Below, in pieces: positions 59,164 through 64,000 of a DNA stretch of 64,000 nt (positions are counted from its first letter, which is position 1; every line of letters starts with the position of its first letter). This DNA is from Chitinophagales bacterium (GTDB lineage Bacteria > Bacteroidota > Bacteroidia > Chitinophagales > JADIYW01): positions 53,523 to 117,522 of the forward strand of contig DATJBS010000031.1 of assembly GCA_035515235.1 (NCBI GenBank), given 5' to 3'. A model generated the notes under the pieces. It saw only the letters and a program-made list of their open reading frames with translations, ran no database searches and was not told where the DNA came from. The position numbers were made by a program, and so were the translations under genes.

Positions 59164-59577
59164 TTATTTTTGTTGACGTTTGATTTCTTTACCTAATCTT
59201 ACGAATTGCCAAAAACCCTTTGCATCTTCTGGATAAGGGATTCCAATAGAATCTATATTTTTAAATTCTTTGTTTTGCTCTCCGTAAATACGAGCGTGCA
59301 AAACGGCAGAGATATAATCTAATAAATCAATTGATGTAAAGATGAGTTTGAAATCATCTTGTAGCTCGTCATTATTTGTAGCAAAACAAAGATTTCCATG
59401 TTTGTTAGCAGGCACAAATGTTAAACCTGTTTTTTGAACGATTTGGTTGATGGTAGTTCTATCGAGATTGATTAATGTCTCTATATCATTTCTATCAATA
59501 AAATCCGATTGGCAGATGTACTTGGTTTCAGTAATCTGCTTGAATAGATCTTGTGTGATTAGAAATTCTTGGTTCAT
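59164..59577 (-). CDS. 137-aa ORF resembling the extreme C-terminus of Type ISP/IIG restriction-modification enzymes (possible gene remnant)
   Basis: FTSIDLLDYISAVLHARIYGEQNKEFKNIDSIGIPYPEDAKGFWQFVRLGKEI resembles the conserved tail of those enzymes (recalled pattern ..DYiYavLhs..Yr..y.efLk.dfPRiP...d...F..l..lG..L). Confidence 0.35.
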   Translation of the reverse strand: MNQEFLITQDLFKQITETKYICQSDFIDRNDIETLINLDRTTINQIVQKTGLTFVPANKHGNLCFATNNDELQDDFKLIFTSIDLLDYISAVLHARIYGEQNKEFKNIDSIGIPYPEDAKGFWQFVRLGKEIKRQQK

Positions 59578-59616
59578 TAAAGAATTTGAAAAATGATTTA
59601 TGATAGAATTAAATTC

Positions 59617-59847
59617 TTAAAATTTTTCTTTCCCATTTGTAATAAGTGTATATCCTTTATGATTATGAATACGATGTTCAAATACATGCTGCTCTTCACA
59701 TTCAAAGCTTAAAATAACTTCAAGTCTGTTTTCCTTATTTAAATTGGTTTTGACTTCTTTCAAATGAGTATATTCAAAATTACATATTGGACAATGTAAT
59801 TGTAACTCATTGGTACCTTTAACATATTCCGTTTCTTTTAAATTCAT
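59617..59847 (-). CDS. hypothetical small protein with a CPIC...ECEEQH motif
   Basis: 76-aa ORF, possibly a partial zinc ribbon. No family was recognised. Confidence 0.3.
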   Translation of the reverse strand: MNLKETEYVKGTNELQLHCPICNFEYTHLKEVKTNLNKENRLEVILSFECEEQHVFEHRIHNHKGYTLITNGKEKF

Positions 59848-59914
59848 ATTTATATTTTTAAAATTTGTTTTGTAATCTTGTTTGTAAGATATTTCTAAGG
59901 TTTTTTAGTTTTAT

Positions 59915-61822
59915 CTAAACCTTCTTCTTCCTATTTTTAAACTTTCTACCACCAATAATTATCAATAATAGCAATACAATCAATCCTGTGATTGTCCAAA
60001 CTTTTAATGGAATACCTTCTTCTTTGGTGATACGTTTTTGAGTTTCTTTGTAGATAGTAGGCATTTGTTTTAATTCTTGAGCATACATAGATAATGCTTG
60101 CCACACTTTAAATTCTTTGCCATCCTCTTGATGAACTACGCATTCATCTAAAGTCTTTTTGTTGCGATTTTTATCTTTAAAAGAGATTTCCAATTTCGGC
60201 AAAACTTCTCCCACCATCGGAAGGAATTTTGCTAAGTAATAATCAGTAACTACGTGGAAGAGTCGGTCGCCATCTCTTTGTAGTTTTATATAATTTTCAG
60301 AATCATCTTGCAAACCATTTCCTGTGTATAGAAATACAGATTTTACAGCCATAGTCGCTGGAATAGGTGTGCCGAGAAAAGGTATTTTTCCCCATAAAGA
60401 TTTCCCTGGGTCGTAAGTATATTTTAATCCTGAAACTTGCAGGAAGAAATTGTCTCCATAAACTTGTGACATCATCGCAGTCACTTCTAGCACATTGAAG
60501 ATTTCTTTTTCAGTCAAATAGCAAGACACCATTGGATAGCCTGCGGATTGGTCAGGACCTGCACCTAAACCAGTTAATGTCAACATGTCAAATAAAGAAA
60601 ACTTACCTTTTGTGCTGTCTAATTTACCCGTGAGGATATCTCCTCTAATGACTCCATTTCCTTGTATCGCTATATCTATTCTATCTCCAATAATTTTAGA
60701 ACCTTCTAATCTCATAGCATCCGCAACGAAATTACCGATAGTAGTTTCTTTATACTCTTCTTCTTTGACCACATCAAAATTAGATTCGATAACAGTAGAA
60801 TCTATGAAGTTAAATCGACCATTGGTATAAGTAGTTAAGAATGCATTTAATTCATCGGTAGCTGTTTGAATGATGGCCGCAATAGTTGAATCTTCTGGAA
60901 TATCTGAATTTAATGGTTGTAATGCTTCTGTGCCATTGCGCTCATTGATGAGTTGTGTTTTTTTAGTTTCTGTATTGTAAGCAAATTCTAATTGACCGAA
61001 ATGTCTTAAATAATAGTCAGGATGAAAGATGATAGTATTATTGACTTTTAATGGTTGAGGAGTATTGATATGATCGTGACCGCCCAAAATGATATCTATA
61101 CCTTTTATTTTTTTAGCCATAATTTTGTCTTCATCAATACCTGAGTGGGACAACATTACAATGACATCTGCACCTTGCTTTTTAAGTGCTTCTACTGTTT
61201 TATTTCCAATTTCATATTGATCAAAAATAGTCACATCTCCAGCAGCAGGTGCTAAACTAAAAGCTGATTTTCCTTGAATTCCAAATATGCCAATTTTAAC
61301 TCCATTACCAAGAGTATAGATTTTTGAAGGAAGTAAATTGATTTTTTTAAGTGCTAATGTATCTGGAATATTTAAGTTGGAAATGATAATCGACAACTCG
61401 GGTTGACCATCTGCATAACCTGCACGTGCAAGATATTCTGCCAAGATATTAGGTCCATAATCAAATTCATGGTTTCCAATAGTCATCGCTTGATAACCAA
61501 TCTTTTGCATGATTTCTATTTCGTGAGATTTCTTCTCTAAAATCAACCATGCAAATGGTGAACCGCCCATGATATCACCTGAGGAAAGTAGCAAAACAGG
61601 TTCGTCACCTTTTTGAGCTCTGATTTCTTTCACTTTGGTCGCCCATCTCGCAAAACCTCCTAAAGTAGAATTGCTTTGATCTTTTTTATAATCCGTCAAA
61701 GGGATAGGAGATAGGGTAGAATGTTCATCACTAGTATGTAAAATGGTGAACTTCTTCTCTTCTCCAAAAACTATAGAATATACAAAAAAGAAGAGCAGAA
61801 ATGGAAGGGAAAGTTTTCTCAT
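59915..61822 (-). CDS. bifunctional metallophosphatase/5'-nucleotidase (UshA-like) with a C-terminal membrane anchor
   Basis: ILHTSDEHS, GDIMGG, GNHEFD and GGHDH metallophosphoesterase motifs, a 5'-nucleotidase C-domain, and a C-terminal TM helix followed by a KKK tail. Confidence 0.85.
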   Translation of the reverse strand: MRKLSLPFLLFFFVYSIVFGEEKKFTILHTSDEHSTLSPIPLTDYKKDQSNSTLGGFARWATKVKEIRAQKGDEPVLLLSSGDIMGGSPFAWLILEKKSHEIEIMQKIGYQAMTIGNHEFDYGPNILAEYLARAGYADGQPELSIIISNLNIPDTLALKKINLLPSKIYTLGNGVKIGIFGIQGKSAFSLAPAAGDVTIFDQYEIGNKTVEALKKQGADVIVMLSHSGIDEDKIMAKKIKGIDIILGGHDHINTPQPLKVNNTIIFHPDYYLRHFGQLEFAYNTETKKTQLINERNGTEALQPLNSDIPEDSTIAAIIQTATDELNAFLTTYTNGRFNFIDSTVIESNFDVVKEEEYKETTIGNFVADAMRLEGSKIIGDRIDIAIQGNGVIRGDILTGKLDSTKGKFSLFDMLTLTGLGAGPDQSAGYPMVSCYLTEKEIFNVLEVTAMMSQVYGDNFFLQVSGLKYTYDPGKSLWGKIPFLGTPIPATMAVKSVFLYTGNGLQDDSENYIKLQRDGDRLFHVVTDYYLAKFLPMVGEVLPKLEISFKDKNRNKKTLDECVVHQEDGKEFKVWQALSMYAQELKQMPTIYKETQKRITKEEGIPLKVWTITGLIVLLLLIIIGGRKFKNRKKKV

Positions 61823-61921
61823 GAGACGTGTTTTGCAAAATTGAAGTGTCTACCACTACAATTCATTTATTAAAAGTAGTGGTAAGATCAATGTAAATAT
61901 AAAAATTAGTTGAACGTATTG

Positions 61922-63826
61922 TTATAGTCTGCCTTCAATGATTTCATCAACTACTGTCGGATCCAATAAAGTAGAAGTATCTCCTAAACTGCTCAATTCA
62001 TTTTCTGCAATTTTTCTTAATATTCTTCGCATGATTTTACCTGATCTAGTTTTAGGTAATCCACTGACAATCTGTATTTTATCTGGTTTAGCGATTCTGC
62101 CTATTTCTGCGACTATAGTTTCTACAATTTTAGCTCTTACATAATCTTCAGCTTCGTTTTTTGCATCGTCTAATAATATGACAAATGCATAAATTCCTTG
62201 ACCTTTGATGTCATGAGGATATCCTACAACTGCTGATTCTACAACTTTTGGATTTTGATTGATTGCATTTTCTATTTCTGCTGTTCCAAATCTATGTCCT
62301 GAAACATTGATGACATCATCCACTCGACCTATGATTCTGTACAGTCCATTTTCATCTCTGCGTGCACCATCTCCTGTGAAATAATATCCTTTATAATTAG
62401 AGAAATAGGTTTGTTTACATCGCTCATGATCTCCATAAGTAGTTCTTAAAATACTTGGCCATGGAAATTTCATACATAAATATCCTTCGACATTATTTCC
62501 CTCTAAAACATTTCCTTCATTATCCAAAAGTACCGGTTGAATTCCTGGAATTGGATATGCTGCAAATGTAGGTTTTGTAGGTGTGACTCCAGCTAAAGAT
62601 GAAATCATAATTCCACCAGTCTCTGTTTGCCACCAAGTATCAATTAATGGACATTTTTCTTTACCTACGTGTAAATTATACCAATGCCACGCTTCTTCAT
62701 TAATAGGTTCGCCCACTGAGCCAATCACTTTTAATGAATCTAAACTGTATGATAATACATGATCTTCGCCTGAAGCCATCAAAGCTCTAATAGCGGTAGG
62801 TGCAGTATAGAAATGTGTAATTCCAAATTTATCTACAACTTGCCAAAATCTTCCTGGATCTGGAAAGGTTGGAACTCCTTCAAAAATAGTCGTGGTAGCA
62901 CCTGACATCAGCGGTCCATAAACCGAATAGCTATGTCCTGTTACCCAACCAATATCAGCAGTACACCAATAGATATCACTTTCGTCCATTTGGAAGACGT
63001 TCCTAAAAGTATAATCTACAAACACCGCATAACCACCTACAGTATGCACGACTCCTTTAGGTTTGCCTGTCGAGCCAGAAGTGTAAAGAATAAATAAAGT
63101 ATCTTCTGCATCCATTTGTTCGGCAGGACAATCTTTATCTACCTGTGTTAATTCATCATGCAAATAGACATCTCTACCTTCTTTCATGTCTACAGCCCAG
63201 CCTAATCGATCGACCACTATGACTCTTTCCACCGTTGGGCAATGAGAAATAGCTTCATCAACTACTCTTTTTACTGGAATTTGTTTGGTACCTCTATTGA
63301 GTCCATCACTTGTCAAAATAACTTTTGCTTCTGCATCATTGATTCTATCTGCTAAAGCTGAAGAGGAGAATCCTGCAAATATGATGGAATGTATTGCTCC
63401 AACTCTTGCGCATGCCAATATTGAAATTGCCAACTCAGGAATCATAGGCATATAAATGCACACTCTATCTCCTTTTTTAACGCCGTTTCTTTTCAAGACA
63501 TTCGCCATTAGACACACTCTTTCGTGTAATTCTTTATAAGTCAATCTTAAAAACCGCTCCTTTGGATCATTCGGCTCCCAAATCAAAGCGATTTTATTTC
63601 CTCTTTTAGCTAAATGTCTATCTAGACAATTCTCAGTAATATTCATTTTACCACCTGCAAACCATTCAATTTTAGGTTCTTCAAAATTCCAGTCTAAAAC
63701 TTTGTCCCATTTTTTACTCCAAACTAGTTTCTCAGCTTGTTCTTCCCAAAACTTTTCAGGTTGATCTACAGAATATTGATAGGCTTTTTGGTACTCTTCG
63801 AAGGATTGTATGTCGGATAATTTCAT
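61922..63826 (-). CDS. acs: acetate--CoA ligase (acetyl-CoA synthetase)
   Basis: YTSGSTGKPKGV, WWQTETGG, YFTGDGARRDENGLYRIIGRVDDVINVSGHR and PKTRSGKIMRR. ATG 63826 (MKLSDIQSFEEY) is preferred over the tracked upstream start. Confidence 0.95.
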   Translation of the reverse strand: MKLSDIQSFEEYQKAYQYSVDQPEKFWEEQAEKLVWSKKWDKVLDWNFEEPKIEWFAGGKMNITENCLDRHLAKRGNKIALIWEPNDPKERFLRLTYKELHERVCLMANVLKRNGVKKGDRVCIYMPMIPELAISILACARVGAIHSIIFAGFSSSALADRINDAEAKVILTSDGLNRGTKQIPVKRVVDEAISHCPTVERVIVVDRLGWAVDMKEGRDVYLHDELTQVDKDCPAEQMDAEDTLFILYTSGSTGKPKGVVHTVGGYAVFVDYTFRNVFQMDESDIYWCTADIGWVTGHSYSVYGPLMSGATTTIFEGVPTFPDPGRFWQVVDKFGITHFYTAPTAIRALMASGEDHVLSYSLDSLKVIGSVGEPINEEAWHWYNLHVGKEKCPLIDTWWQTETGGIMISSLAGVTPTKPTFAAYPIPGIQPVLLDNEGNVLEGNNVEGYLCMKFPWPSILRTTYGDHERCKQTYFSNYKGYYFTGDGARRDENGLYRIIGRVDDVINVSGHRFGTAEIENAINQNPKVVESAVVGYPHDIKGQGIYAFVILLDDAKNEAEDYVRAKIVETIVAEIGRIAKPDKIQIVSGLPKTRSGKIMRRILRKIAENELSSLGDTSTLLDPTVVDEIIEGRL

Positions 63827-64000
63827 AATAATTGAATTATAGAATAGATGTTTAAAGAATAACTTCAATTTTAACAAATTGTTATCGAAGTGAAAAATAA
63901 AAAACCATCAAAATTTAAAAAAAATAAATGCAGACTTTTGTAACTCCATGAAAAAAGAGCGAATTGAGTTTCCAGATACAGTATTATGGAGCTCTAAAAG

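Noticed and set aside
63948-64000. Plus-strand ORF start (MKKERIEFPDTVLWSSK...) at the window edge
   Set aside because: Only 17 codons are visible and there is no recognisable motif, so it cannot be supported as a feature.

Overview
This is an AT-rich chromosomal segment, roughly one-third G+C by eye (not computed). It looks like a Bacteroidota genome. The evidence is a TonB-dependent receptor with a CarboxypepD_reg-type N-terminus paired with a DUF4249 lipoprotein, a LolE/FtsX permease, NamZ, a TAnnTTTG -7 box in front of the tRNA, and no obvious Shine-Dalgarno sites. Most of the window is housekeeping or core metabolism: parC, ychF, mltG, thrS, infC, acs, a DEAD-box helicase, and a scattered oxidative-stress set (1-Cys peroxiredoxin, Tat-exported SOD, catalase, AhpD-like protein). 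Six accessory items interrupt this. (1) A Type I R-M operon sits directly downstream of tRNA-Ser(UGA): hsdR, an embedded RhuM/Doc-type fusion gene, hsdM, and a frameshifted hsdS. (2) A single IS200-like Y1 (RAYT-type) transposase is flanked on both sides by clusters of GCTCCTACGGAGC / GCTCCGTAGGAGC hairpin repeats. (3) A minus-strand metal- or thiol-flavoured gene string holds an untracked 36-aa ORF with 13 cysteines, an ECF sigma factor broken in a homopolymer run, a bPH_2 membrane protein and a secreted HMA protein. (4) A stand-alone 423-aa homolog of the DnaE (Pol III alpha) core appears to have lost two of its three catalytic aspartates. (5) There is a RelE/ParE toxin-antitoxin pair. (6) Several intergenic fields are built from a mosaic of short hairpin modules, and two of them lie in inverted orientation around a 6.7-kb gene block. 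No CRISPR array, rRNA, integrase or prophage was seen. All protein calls come from motif recognition by eye, not from database searches, and no single clearly novel multi-gene system could be proven from sequence alone.
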